Shown here piece after piece: positions 25,186 to 33,892 of a DNA stretch of 64,000 nt. A program made the position numbers and the translations under genes. How positions within the stretch are numbered: the stretch's first letter is position 1; each line of letters starts with the position of its first letter. A model generated the notes under the pieces. That model was not told the origin of the DNA and did no database searches. It saw only the letters and a program-made list of their open reading frames with translations. The DNA is from an uncultured Synergistales bacterium (GTDB taxonomy: Bacteria; Synergistota; Synergistia; Synergistales; JAFGMB01): NCBI GenBank assembly GCA_964519285.1, contig CAZFJG010000001.1, forward strand, positions 664 to 64,663, given 5' to 3'.

Positions 25186-25965
25186 ATGAACTCCTATCAA
25201 GCGGATCTCCACATTCATACTGTGCTTTCACCCTGTGGTGATCTCGGAATGGGGGCTCCTGAAATTGTAGAAAGAGCCAAAGAAGCAAAATTAAGTGCAA
25301 TTGCAGTTACAGATCATAATGCTGTATTAAACTATCCAGCAGTAGCCGAGGCTGCTTCAAAGCTGGCTCCAGAAATCCTTGTTATCCCGGGAACAGAAGT
25401 TCAGACTGTTGAGGATATTCATGTTCTGGGGCTGTTCCCGGATTACAGTGCTGCTCTGAGTTTTCAGGAATGGTTGCAGTGCGGTCTGGGAGGAATAAAG
25501 AACGATCCTGACATATTCGGGTACCAGCTTGTAATTGATAGCAGTAACTCCATCCTCGATGAATTTGAAAGACTCCTGATTCAGGGAGTTAAATACAGTA
25601 TAGATGAAGTCATCGAAAAGATAAGGGAACATGAAGGAATCAGCATACTTGCCCACATAGACAGACCGTCTTTTTCCTATATTTCTGTATTAGGGCCCAT
25701 ACCGGACGACCTCGAGGTAGATGCTCTTGAAATATCAGGAAATGTAGACAGGGTATCCGAGGAAAAATTCTGCAGAAAATATCCTGAGAGGATCTTTACC
25801 CGTTCTTCCGATGCCCATTTTCTAAAAGATATAAAAAATCAAAACTCAACAGAATTGCTTCTTGCGGAGATGTCATTTAAAGAACTGGCTATGGTCTTCG
25901 ACACGTCGGAAAAGTTCAGGAAAGTGACAAGTCCATGCGAGTCAAGGAACCTTCAGAAAGAGTAG
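25186..25965 (+). CDS. PHP-domain metal-dependent phosphoesterase
   Basis: 259 aa with N-terminal ADLHIHTVLSPCGD, then AVTDHN, LAHIDRP and SSDAH, which are PHP His/Asp metal-ligand motifs. Starts 4 nt after DRTGG copy 2. Confidence 0.8.
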   Translation: MNSYQADLHIHTVLSPCGDLGMGAPEIVERAKEAKLSAIAVTDHNAVLNYPAVAEAASKLAPEILVIPGTEVQTVEDIHVLGLFPDYSAALSFQEWLQCGLGGIKNDPDIFGYQLVIDSSNSILDEFERLLIQGVKYSIDEVIEKIREHEGISILAHIDRPSFSYISVLGPIPDDLEVDALEISGNVDRVSEEKFCRKYPERIFTRSSDAHFLKDIKNQNSTELLLAEMSFKELAMVFDTSEKFRKVTSPCESRNLQKE

Positions 25966-25971
25966 GACTAA

Positions 25972-26595
25972 TTATTCTGATTTATGCCTGTTCTGAAGTT
26001 CTAAAATGATATTTTCGATATTTATCTCTGATACTATCATTCCGACCAGGAGATGATATAGGAGATCAGCTATTTCGTATACGGAATTCTCTTTGTTTCC
26101 CGAGGCTATTGCCAGAGCACTTTCTACTCCCTCTTCACCTATTTTTTTGCTTATCTCTGCCAGGCCCTTCTGATTGAGGCGAGCAGTGTAACTTTTATCA
26201 GGATCTGACTGGATCCTTTCCTTAAGGCATGTTTCAAGCTCCTTTATGAAAGAGAGAGATGGGGTCTCTCCCCCGAGGATAGTTTTGAAAAAACATGATC
26301 TTTCTCCGGTATGGCAGGCAGGACCATTTATCCTGACCTTTGCAAGAATTGAATCGTTATCACAATCAGATCTTATCTCCATTACTTCCATTACATTTCC
26401 GCTGGATTCACCTTTTTCCCAGAGTTTTTGGCGGGATCTGCTGAAAAAATGCAGAAATCCAGTCTGTTCTGACTTCTCAAGTGCCTTTCTGTTGGAATAA
26501 CCTACCATCAAAACCTCCGAAGAGATCCAGTCCTGCACCACTACAGGGATCAATCCCTTTTCGTCAAAAATGAGTTTGTCATGATCTATATTCAA
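25972..26595 (-). CDS. hisIE: Bifunctional phosphoribosyl-AMP cyclohydrolase / phosphoribosyl-ATP pyrophosphatase
   Basis: 207 aa. The N-terminal half (GLIPVVVQD...FFSRSRQKLWEKGESSGN...CDNDSIL...GPACHTGERSCF) is HisI. The C-terminal half (SYTARLNQKG...KIGEEGVE...EIADLLYHLLV) is HisE. Confidence 0.93.
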   Translation of the reverse strand: MNIDHDKLIFDEKGLIPVVVQDWISSEVLMVGYSNRKALEKSEQTGFLHFFSRSRQKLWEKGESSGNVMEVMEIRSDCDNDSILAKVRINGPACHTGERSCFFKTILGGETPSLSFIKELETCLKERIQSDPDKSYTARLNQKGLAEISKKIGEEGVESALAIASGNKENSVYEIADLLYHLLVGMIVSEINIENIILELQNRHKSE

Positions 26596-26600
26596 ATTAT

Positions 26601-27365
26601 TTATTCTCCTTCCATTCTTACAGGGATATGCTCCCGTGCAAGGTACTCTTTCAGGTCCTTTATATTAATTCTGCCAAAATGAAAAACCGAGGCTGCAAGG
26701 GCTGCGTCAGCGCAGGAAGCTAGGCAATCTCTGAAATGGACCATTTCACCTGCACCTCCCGAGGCGATTACGGGGACAGAAACATTGCTGCACACATGTT
26801 CAAGCAGAGGGAGATCGTAACCGTTTTGTCTGCCGTCCTGGTCAATAGAAGTCAGCAGTATCTCCCCGGTTCCTTTTGTTTCGGCTATCCTGGCCCATTC
26901 TCCTGCCTCGATTCCGGTTGCTATGGTCCCTCCCTGTTTATAAACTTCCCAGTGATCCCGTTTTGTTCGAAGACAGTCAATTGCAGTGACTACCGCCTGT
27001 CTTCCCAGTACTTCTGAACATTCAGAAAGCAGGTCCGGATCATCAATGGCTGCAGTGTTCAGGGATACTTTATCTGCGCCAAGGGATACTATTTTCACTG
27101 CGTCATCCAGTGAAGAGATACCCCCTCCTACAGTAAAAGGAATAAAAATACTGTCTGCCACCTCTTTTACCCACTGGAGCATTGTCCCTCTCTTTTCAGA
27201 AGAAGCAGTTATATCAAGGAATACGAGCTCATCTGCTCCTTCTGACATGTATAATGCACCGAGTTCTGCAGGATTTCCGGCATCTTTCAGTTCTTTAAAA
27301 CTGACTCCTTTTACAACTCGTCCGGATTTAACGTCGAGACAGGGTATTATTCTCTTTTTAAGCAT
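26601..27365 (-). CDS. hisF: Imidazole glycerol phosphate synthase cyclase subunit
   Basis: 254 aa with KRIIPCLDVKSGRVVKG, FTVGGGI, SIDQDG and IASGGAG. Confidence 0.95.
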   Translation of the reverse strand: MLKKRIIPCLDVKSGRVVKGVSFKELKDAGNPAELGALYMSEGADELVFLDITASSEKRGTMLQWVKEVADSIFIPFTVGGGISSLDDAVKIVSLGADKVSLNTAAIDDPDLLSECSEVLGRQAVVTAIDCLRTKRDHWEVYKQGGTIATGIEAGEWARIAETKGTGEILLTSIDQDGRQNGYDLPLLEHVCSNVSVPVIASGGAGEMVHFRDCLASCADAALAASVFHFGRINIKDLKEYLAREHIPVRMEGE

Positions 27366-28080
27366 CAGAAGAAGCCACCTTTTTTGCCTCAGATAGATCT
27401 ATATGACCTTCAAGAAAGGCTTTCCCCGTAACAGCAGCCCAGCAACCTGTCCTGGCAAGTGCTGCAATATCTTGAAGACTGGATACTCCACCTGCAGCTA
27501 TCAACTGAAATTGTGGCAGTTCGGAGAGGATCCTGGTGTAAAGGGAGATGTCAGGTCCTTCCATGGTACCATCCTGCAGCACGGCAGTTACGAGATATTT
27601 TCTGAACCCTTCTTTGTAAAGGTCACTGAATATCTCCATCATTTCAGTATCACTTTCCGACTGCCAGCCAGAGAGAGCAACCTTTCTGTTTCTTATATCT
27701 ACAGCAGGTATTATCCTGTTACCCCATTTTTTAAATAGCTCTCTTCTTGCCGAGATATTCTTTATTAACAGGCTACCAGAGTATACAAACTCAGCTCCGT
27801 GTTTGAAGGCTGTCTCGATATCTGCTGCAGATCGCAGGCCACCACCGAAAAAGATTCTTAATCCAGTGGAAGCAAGCTCTTTCACCAAATCGGCATGAAC
27901 AGGGTTCCCTTTTTGAGCTCCTTCGAGATCGATGACCTGAAGGTCTTTATAACCAAGATCCTTCAAAAACTCTGTTATTTCTAAAGGAGATCTTTCATAT
28001 ACCTTGATGTTGTTGAATTTACCCTGGTAAAGCCGTATTATTTTGCCTCCGTATAAGTCTATGGAAGGAAGTATCTTCAA
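27358..28080 (-). CDS. hisA: 1-(5-phosphoribosyl)-5-[(5-phosphoribosylamino)methylideneamino]imidazole-4-carboxamide isomerase
   Basis: 240 aa with ILPSIDLYGGKIIRLYQG, FGGGLRS and AAGGVSS. Overlaps hisF by 8 nt. Confidence 0.93.
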   Translation of the reverse strand: MKILPSIDLYGGKIIRLYQGKFNNIKVYERSPLEITEFLKDLGYKDLQVIDLEGAQKGNPVHADLVKELASTGLRIFFGGGLRSAADIETAFKHGAEFVYSGSLLIKNISARRELFKKWGNRIIPAVDIRNRKVALSGWQSESDTEMMEIFSDLYKEGFRKYLVTAVLQDGTMEGPDISLYTRILSELPQFQLIAAGGVSSLQDIAALARTGCWAAVTGKAFLEGHIDLSEAKKVASSDA

Positions 28081-28703
28081 AGTAGGGTACCTCCAGTATA
28101 TTTGATGGCCATGTCAAGAAGTTTAAGTCCCGTCCTTCCGCTTCTTTCCGGATGAAACTGGAAACCAAGGGTATTTCCCTTTATTACAGATGACACGAAA
28201 GTAATATTTTCAACTTTAGTCGTTGATAGTTCATGTTTTGATTCTTTAAGTCCGTATCCGTGGACAAAATAAAGATCACTGCCCTCAGGTATGGTTCTTC
28301 TGAAAAAACCAGAAGCACCCATCGAGCTGTTCCAGATAATACTGTTCCATCCTATGTGAGGATATTTTTTAAGGTGAAGAGGTTCTATAATTCCTTCAAG
28401 AATTCCTGTTCCTTCGGTAGTTCCGTTTTCCAGGCTTGCGTCCATAAGGAGCTGCATGCCCAGACAGATACCTATAAGCCCCCTGTTATCACTTGCCCAG
28501 GATCTGAGGGCCGGTTTCCATTTCCTGCTGTCCAGGTTCTTTACTGCAGGTCTGAAAGCTCCCACTCCAGGCAAAATCAGGACATCAATTTTTGATGACA
28601 GCTGCTGGGGACTTTGAAGAATTACTGTCTCATTTTTCAGCCAGGAGAGTGCCCTCACAACATTTCCTACGTTTCCAACCTGGTAGTCTGCTATTCCGAT
28701 CAA
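28077..28703 (-). CDS. hisH: Imidazole glycerol phosphate synthase glutamine amidotransferase subunit
   Basis: 208 aa with LILPGVGAF, GICLGMQLL (nucleophile Cys) and QFHPERS. Confidence 0.93.
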   Translation of the reverse strand: MIGIADYQVGNVGNVVRALSWLKNETVILQSPQQLSSKIDVLILPGVGAFRPAVKNLDSRKWKPALRSWASDNRGLIGICLGMQLLMDASLENGTTEGTGILEGIIEPLHLKKYPHIGWNSIIWNSSMGASGFFRRTIPEGSDLYFVHGYGLKESKHELSTTKVENITFVSSVIKGNTLGFQFHPERSGRTGLKLLDMAIKYTGGTLL

Positions 28704-29305
28704 TCCAGGGACCCCTTTGTGCTTTTAATTCTGTCAGAGTACTGAAGAGCCTGTCCCAGGGCCAATCCTGCTCCTTTAAATGCTGCCTCTGCAATATGAT
28801 GGGAATTTTTACCGCTCAGCATTTTAAAATGTATCGTAAGTTTCGCCTCTCTGGCAAGAGCTTTCCAGAATTCCTCCAGAACCTCAAGGTCAAAATCACC
28901 GCATTTCTCTGTATTAAAGTATATATCCCAGTAAGATCCGGATCTTCCGCTTATATCCAGAGCTACCATGATCAAAGCTTCATCCATTGGCATTACAGTG
29001 TTCCCGAATCTCTGGATCTTTGATCCTGCAAATGATTCTCTTATAGCTTGACCGATAACTATACCTGTATCCTCAACAAGGTGATGGTAATCGATATCAA
29101 CATCACCTTCAGCAAAAAGACTTACCTTTAATCCTGAGTAAAAAAACATGCTTTTAAGCATATGTTCAATGAAGGGACAGGGTGTTTCGATTGCAGTTTC
29201 ACCTTCATCCAGCCATTTGAAGGTAATAGTTGTTTCGGAAGTGTTCCTCTCATATATCCTGTTCAAGATCCTCACCTTCCTTAATTTCTTTGATCTTATG
29301 TACAA
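28700..29305 (-). CDS. hisB: Imidazoleglycerol-phosphate dehydratase (monofunctional; no histidinol-phosphatase domain)
   Basis: Contains RNTSETTI, DIDYHHLVEDTGIVIGQA and GKNSHHIAEAAFKGAGLAL. The track start TTG 29305 overlaps hisG by 56 nt. GTG 29275 or TTG 29266, next to aaggaaggtgagg, are alternatives. Confidence 0.9.
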   Translation of the reverse strand: MYIRSKKLRKVRILNRIYERNTSETTITFKWLDEGETAIETPCPFIEHMLKSMFFYSGLKVSLFAEGDVDIDYHHLVEDTGIVIGQAIRESFAGSKIQRFGNTVMPMDEALIMVALDISGRSGSYWDIYFNTEKCGDFDLEVLEEFWKALAREAKLTIHFKMLSGKNSHHIAEAAFKGAGLALGQALQYSDRIKSTKGSLD

Positions 29306-29906
29306 TATTTGATATTTCCTGCCATTTGAACTGAGAGCTTTTTTTGTTAGCTGCCAGGTAGAGCGAGACTGGAATTACATTATCAAGGATCTTGAGGTTA
29401 TTTGCCTTCAGGGTCCTTCCGGTCTGGACGATATCCAGTATACAGTCACTGAGTCCTATAACAGGTGCAAGTTCTATTGAACCATGGAGGTTCAATATCT
29501 GAACCTGAACACCAAGGGAAGAAAAATGTCTGTCTGCTATGTTGGGATATTTGGTAGCAACGGTAAGCCACATAAGGCCGGATTCGTGACCTGAGAATCT
29601 TGGTTCGAGTTCGGGGGGGCCCGCGACTACCATTCGGCATTTTCCTCTTCCAGTATCAACCAGTTCGACCAGAGGGACGTTCAATTCTTTCATGATATCA
29701 CTTCCAACAAAACCTATATCTGCTGTTCCGTGTGATATATGCAAGGGTACGTCCATAGGTTTTGCGAAAATAAAACGGAAATTTCCTTCATTCACGATAA
29801 GCTTTCTTCCCCTGTCATTGATCTTTTCTACAGGGATCCCGGTTTTTTCCATCAGAGACAAAGCGTCCTTCAAAACTCTTCCGGTAGGTAACACTATTGT
29901 CAGCAT
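29250..29906 (-). CDS. hisG: ATP phosphoribosyltransferase, short form (HisZ-dependent)
   Basis: 218 aa and lacks the C-terminal regulatory domain. Contains LTIVLPTGR, DIGFVGSD and LVDIVQTGRTLKAN-like (ILDIVQTGRTLKANNL). Confidence 0.92.
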   Translation of the reverse strand: MLTIVLPTGRVLKDALSLMEKTGIPVEKINDRGRKLIVNEGNFRFIFAKPMDVPLHISHGTADIGFVGSDIMKELNVPLVELVDTGRGKCRMVVAGPPELEPRFSGHESGLMWLTVATKYPNIADRHFSSLGVQVQILNLHGSIELAPVIGLSDCILDIVQTGRTLKANNLKILDNVIPVSLYLAANKKSSQFKWQEISNIVHKIKEIKEGEDLEQDI

Positions 29907-31102
29907 GTTTCTTCACCAAGCCATTCCTCAAATGATAAAGTTTTGTCACAATTGAGCCTGATTACCTTCTTCTCAGACAGGTCCACCCAGTAAGGGACTT
30001 TTTTCTGTCTTGAAAGCGCGAGAGAAAGGTCCTTGTCTTTTACCCAGCTCATTTCCACTTTGAAACCCTTTTCAACTATAGGCAGAGTTCTTTTGAAAGC
30101 GGATTCTGCGGAAAGATTTCCGCTCCAGACCAGGGCTGTTTCTGTGGGGTTGGAGGCCTCAGCTACGGAGGCAATAACCTCAAGATCGAGAGCAAAGCCC
30201 ATGGCTTGTCCAATTATGCCATATTGAGAAAGTAGCCCGTCATATCTACCCCCGCCACCAACGGGTTTACCGCATGATGGAAGATAGATTTCGAAAACAG
30301 GTCCACTGTAGTAATCAAGTTCCCGGGCAAGAGCGAGATCTATGCAGACCTGATTCTCATAACCAAGTGCTTTTAGCGAGTCGTATATTCTTTTTGTAGG
30401 TTTGAGAAGAGTATCATCTCCAAGTATTTTTTCTGCTATTCCCAGGATATCAGAGTTACCTTTGAGATCCGGGAGGGCCTTCATGAATTCCATGTTGACA
30501 TTTTTTCCCTGCAAATCCTTCAAAGCTCTGCTGTATTCAGGATAATTACCAGAAATAAGGGAATTAACAATTCTTTTTGAAAGTATGGAAGGAACTTTTT
30601 CAAGAAGATTTTGCAGAATTGTAACGTCACCTATGACTATCACAGCATCGGTTATCCTGATATTTTCAAGGTATTTAAGAAGAAGAAAAAGCATTTCCAC
30701 ATCTGCTCCTTCTTCTTCCCAGCCCAGCAGTTCTGCACCGATCTGGAACCTTTCAAGGCTGGTTTCAGGTTTTTGCGGTGTGAGATAAACCTTGTCTGCA
30801 TAAGAGAGTCTAAGTGGCCTTTCTTCCGGAGAAAAATGAGACGACATGTATGCTACTGCAGCCAGGGTGATATCAGTTCTCAGGCAACAGGGTTCAGCAA
30901 AAGGGGTGGTGAACGTGAGAAGCCTGTTCCTTACGTTGACGGGCAGTTTCTCCCAGGCAGTTTCTATTAGCTGCAGACCAGAGGGCCAGAACAGTCTGTA
31001 GCCGAATTGTGAAAAGGAGGACAGAAATCTGCTTCTGCAAACATGCATTTGATACGCGAGATCTCCACATACATTTGAACATCCTTTTGGCAGTCTACTC
31101 AT
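29900..31102 (-). CDS. hisZ: ATP phosphoribosyltransferase regulatory subunit (HisRS paralogue)
   Basis: 400 aa with a class-II aaRS-like core (GGGGRYDGL) and no anticodon-binding domain signature. Sits immediately upstream of the short hisG. Confidence 0.85.
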   Translation of the reverse strand: MSRLPKGCSNVCGDLAYQMHVCRSRFLSSFSQFGYRLFWPSGLQLIETAWEKLPVNVRNRLLTFTTPFAEPCCLRTDITLAAVAYMSSHFSPEERPLRLSYADKVYLTPQKPETSLERFQIGAELLGWEEEGADVEMLFLLLKYLENIRITDAVIVIGDVTILQNLLEKVPSILSKRIVNSLISGNYPEYSRALKDLQGKNVNMEFMKALPDLKGNSDILGIAEKILGDDTLLKPTKRIYDSLKALGYENQVCIDLALARELDYYSGPVFEIYLPSCGKPVGGGGRYDGLLSQYGIIGQAMGFALDLEVIASVAEASNPTETALVWSGNLSAESAFKRTLPIVEKGFKVEMSWVKDKDLSLALSRQKKVPYWVDLSEKKVIRLNCDKTLSFEEWLGEETC

Positions 31103-32390
31103 TGTTTGTAAATCCCTTCCCGTAAAAACGAAGTTTCATTGATTCTCCGTGTGCCCACAATCCTTCTTCCTCTGCGATTCTGATACCAGAAGCAGATAGG
31201 TTATTAATTCCTTCCCGGGATAATTCAAGATGCGTAAGAGATCTAAGAAATGTACCTGTCCATAATCCTCCGGAAAATCGTGCATTCCCGGAAGTGGGAA
31301 GTATATGATTTGTCCCTGCAATGTAGTCTCCATAAGGTACGGATGTGTTATTGCCTATGAAAACTGTACCGTAGGAGGTCAGTTTCTCTAAAACGGACCT
31401 GGAGTTTTCAATGCATAACTGCAAATGCTCCGGTCCGGTCCTGTTAGCGTAATCAATGGCTTCGTCAAGTGTACCGGTCAGGACCTCCCCGTTTACGTCC
31501 CAGGCTCTGGACATGATTCCCCCGGTAGGAGCCTTTGTGATTATCTCTTTTATCTTAAGGATGGTTTTTTCTGCGGTCTTTCTATCAGTTGTAAAGAGAA
31601 GAGCCCTGGACATAGGATCGTGTTCTGCCTGTGCCATTAAATCTATAGCAAGTTCATCCGGGTATGCGCTGGTATCTGCAATAACCAGAACTTCACTTGG
31701 ACCTGCCAGACCATCTATACCTACCGTTCCGCTCAGTTGCCTTTTAGCTTCTGTTACATAACAGTTTCCAGGACCTGTAATAATATCGCATTTTGGAATA
31801 TTACCAGTACCAAATGCCATTGCGGCGATTGCATGAGCTCCTCCGGCTACTATCATTTCCGAGATCCCGGCTAATGCTGCTGTGGCGATGATGACAGGAT
31901 TTATCCCTTCATGGGAAGAAGGAGGAGAAGAGATTACAATCCTTTTTACTCCGGCTTCCTGTGCAGGTATTACGTTCATCAGCACAGAACTCGGCAGTGG
32001 ATATCGTCCTCCAGGAATATAACAGCCGACAGTATTAACAGGTAAAAAGCGCATACCCCTGGAGATCCCCTCAGGAGAGATATCCTCAAAATTCCTGAAG
32101 AGACCTCTCTGCTTTTTGTGAAAAACTCTTAGATTTTCCATGCTTTGAAAGATAGCAGCCCTGAGATCTGAAGGGATGTTATCTTTGCATGTTTCGATCT
32201 TTTCATTGCTGACAAAAACAGAGCCAGTATAATTATCTATCTCCAAGTTGTATCTTGTCAGTGCATCAAGCCTGTTTTCTTTGATATTTTCTATGATTTC
32301 ACGTACTCTTGATTCAATAGGCGGTTTTTTGGAAAATTCGTATAGAGATCCTGCTTTTTTTATATAATCCATTGAAAAAATCTCCTTCAC
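31095..32390 (-). CDS. hisD: Histidinol dehydrogenase
   Basis: 431 aa with GCYIPGGRYPLPSSVLM, QAEHDP and GDYIAGTNHILPT. It is the first gene of the minus-strand his operon. Confidence 0.94.
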   Translation of the reverse strand: MKEIFSMDYIKKAGSLYEFSKKPPIESRVREIIENIKENRLDALTRYNLEIDNYTGSVFVSNEKIETCKDNIPSDLRAAIFQSMENLRVFHKKQRGLFRNFEDISPEGISRGMRFLPVNTVGCYIPGGRYPLPSSVLMNVIPAQEAGVKRIVISSPPSSHEGINPVIIATAALAGISEMIVAGGAHAIAAMAFGTGNIPKCDIITGPGNCYVTEAKRQLSGTVGIDGLAGPSEVLVIADTSAYPDELAIDLMAQAEHDPMSRALLFTTDRKTAEKTILKIKEIITKAPTGGIMSRAWDVNGEVLTGTLDEAIDYANRTGPEHLQLCIENSRSVLEKLTSYGTVFIGNNTSVPYGDYIAGTNHILPTSGNARFSGGLWTGTFLRSLTHLELSREGINNLSASGIRIAEEEGLWAHGESMKLRFYGKGFTNNE

Positions 32391-32551
32391 AGCTATAACA
32401 TGCTAAAACAGTAGATTTGACAAGAAGGGATAATAACATGGTTGAAGAAAAGTGTAAAGGGGTTAAATATTAAAAATGATTCCGTCTACAGTCTGGTTAA
32501 TTAGCGTGTTAAAATAGGTTAGATGAGGGAAATCTGTTACTGGAGGATCTA

Positions 32552-33892
32552 ATGGCCAAAAAAGATCGTTTTTATTATGTATGTTCAGAATGTGGATACA
32601 GAACTTCGACATGGACAGGCAGATGTCCCTCATGCGGGAACTGGGGGACAATGGAAAATGAGAAAGACCCTGAACCTGGCGACAACAGCCTTGAAAGATA
32701 TGAAAAACCTGTAACCATGTCTGAAGTCAGGGAACCTTCAAGATTTTCATCTTCTCTTGAGGAGTTTGACAGGGTTTTGGGAGGGGGAATTGTTAAGGGT
32801 AGCGTGATCCTTCTTGGTGGAGAACCCGGGATAGGAAAATCAACCTTGTTGCTGCAGGTTTGCGGAAATTTATCCATGTCTGGAGGGAAACCTCTTTACG
32901 TTTCTGGAGAAGAGTCCTCAGCACAGATAGTATCAAGGTCCAGAAGACTTGGTTTTCAAGGGAACGACAGACTTCATATTCTTCCTGGAAATGTTATTGA
33001 GGATGTGCTGGACGAGGCAGAAGATTTTGATCTGGTCATTCTTGACAGCGTACAGGCTCTTATGTCCAGGGAAGAAAAAGGATGGCCAGGTACTCCAAGT
33101 CAGGTTAGGGCAGTAGCCCAGAAGTCTATATCCTTTGCCAAGAAAAACAGCATACCTGTTATCATTGTTGGACATATTACCAGGGCCGGAACCATAGCTG
33201 GACCCAAGCTGCTTGAACACATGGTAGATGTAGTGATGCAGTTTTCAGGGGAAAGATCATCTTTTTACCGTATATTGAGATCTCAGAAAAACAGATATGG
33301 AAGCACAGATGAGTCTGGACTTTTTGAAATGAACGAGACTGGATTAAATGCCGTAAAGGATCCTGGAAGTCTTTACTGGAACAGTTCGGACCTGTCTGTC
33401 CCCGGGGTGGCAATGTCTGTTGTTATGGAAGGATCAGTTCCCTTTGTAGTTGAGATTCAGTCACTGGCCGCAAACACTGTCTTTGCTTATCCCAAAAGAG
33501 CTGCTAATGGAATAGATCTGAGTAAACTTCATCTCGTCACAGCAGTTCTGGACAAGCGCTGCAGCTTGATTTCATCCTCAATGGATATCTACCTGAACGT
33601 GACAGGGGGATTTTCGATAAGGGAACCATATTCGGATCTCGCAATTGCAGTGTCAATTGCGTCTTCAATTCTGGATCTTCCGTTGTCACCGAACTGCTGC
33701 TTTCTCGGAGAAGTAGGGCTTGCAGGTGAGATAAGGCCTGCTCCAAGGATTGAGAACCGGGTAAAAGAAGCTGAAAGAATGGGATTCCATCATATTTTTA
33801 TAAGTGACCAGGAGAAAAGTTCTTTCGGAAAAGGTCTGAGGATAGAACGTGTAAAGAACCTTTCCCAGGTTCTGGAGGTGTTGACCAAGTGA
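32552..33892 (+). CDS. radA: DNA repair protein RadA/Sms
   Basis: 446 aa. Has the N-terminal Zn ribbon CSECGYRTSTWTGRCPSCGNWG, Walker A GGEPGIGKST, KNRYGSTDE and a Lon-like C-terminal domain. Confidence 0.94.
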   Translation: MAKKDRFYYVCSECGYRTSTWTGRCPSCGNWGTMENEKDPEPGDNSLERYEKPVTMSEVREPSRFSSSLEEFDRVLGGGIVKGSVILLGGEPGIGKSTLLLQVCGNLSMSGGKPLYVSGEESSAQIVSRSRRLGFQGNDRLHILPGNVIEDVLDEAEDFDLVILDSVQALMSREEKGWPGTPSQVRAVAQKSISFAKKNSIPVIIVGHITRAGTIAGPKLLEHMVDVVMQFSGERSSFYRILRSQKNRYGSTDESGLFEMNETGLNAVKDPGSLYWNSSDLSVPGVAMSVVMEGSVPFVVEIQSLAANTVFAYPKRAANGIDLSKLHLVTAVLDKRCSLISSSMDIYLNVTGGFSIREPYSDLAIAVSIASSILDLPLSPNCCFLGEVGLAGEIRPAPRIENRVKEAERMGFHHIFISDQEKSSFGKGLRIERVKNLSQVLEVLTK

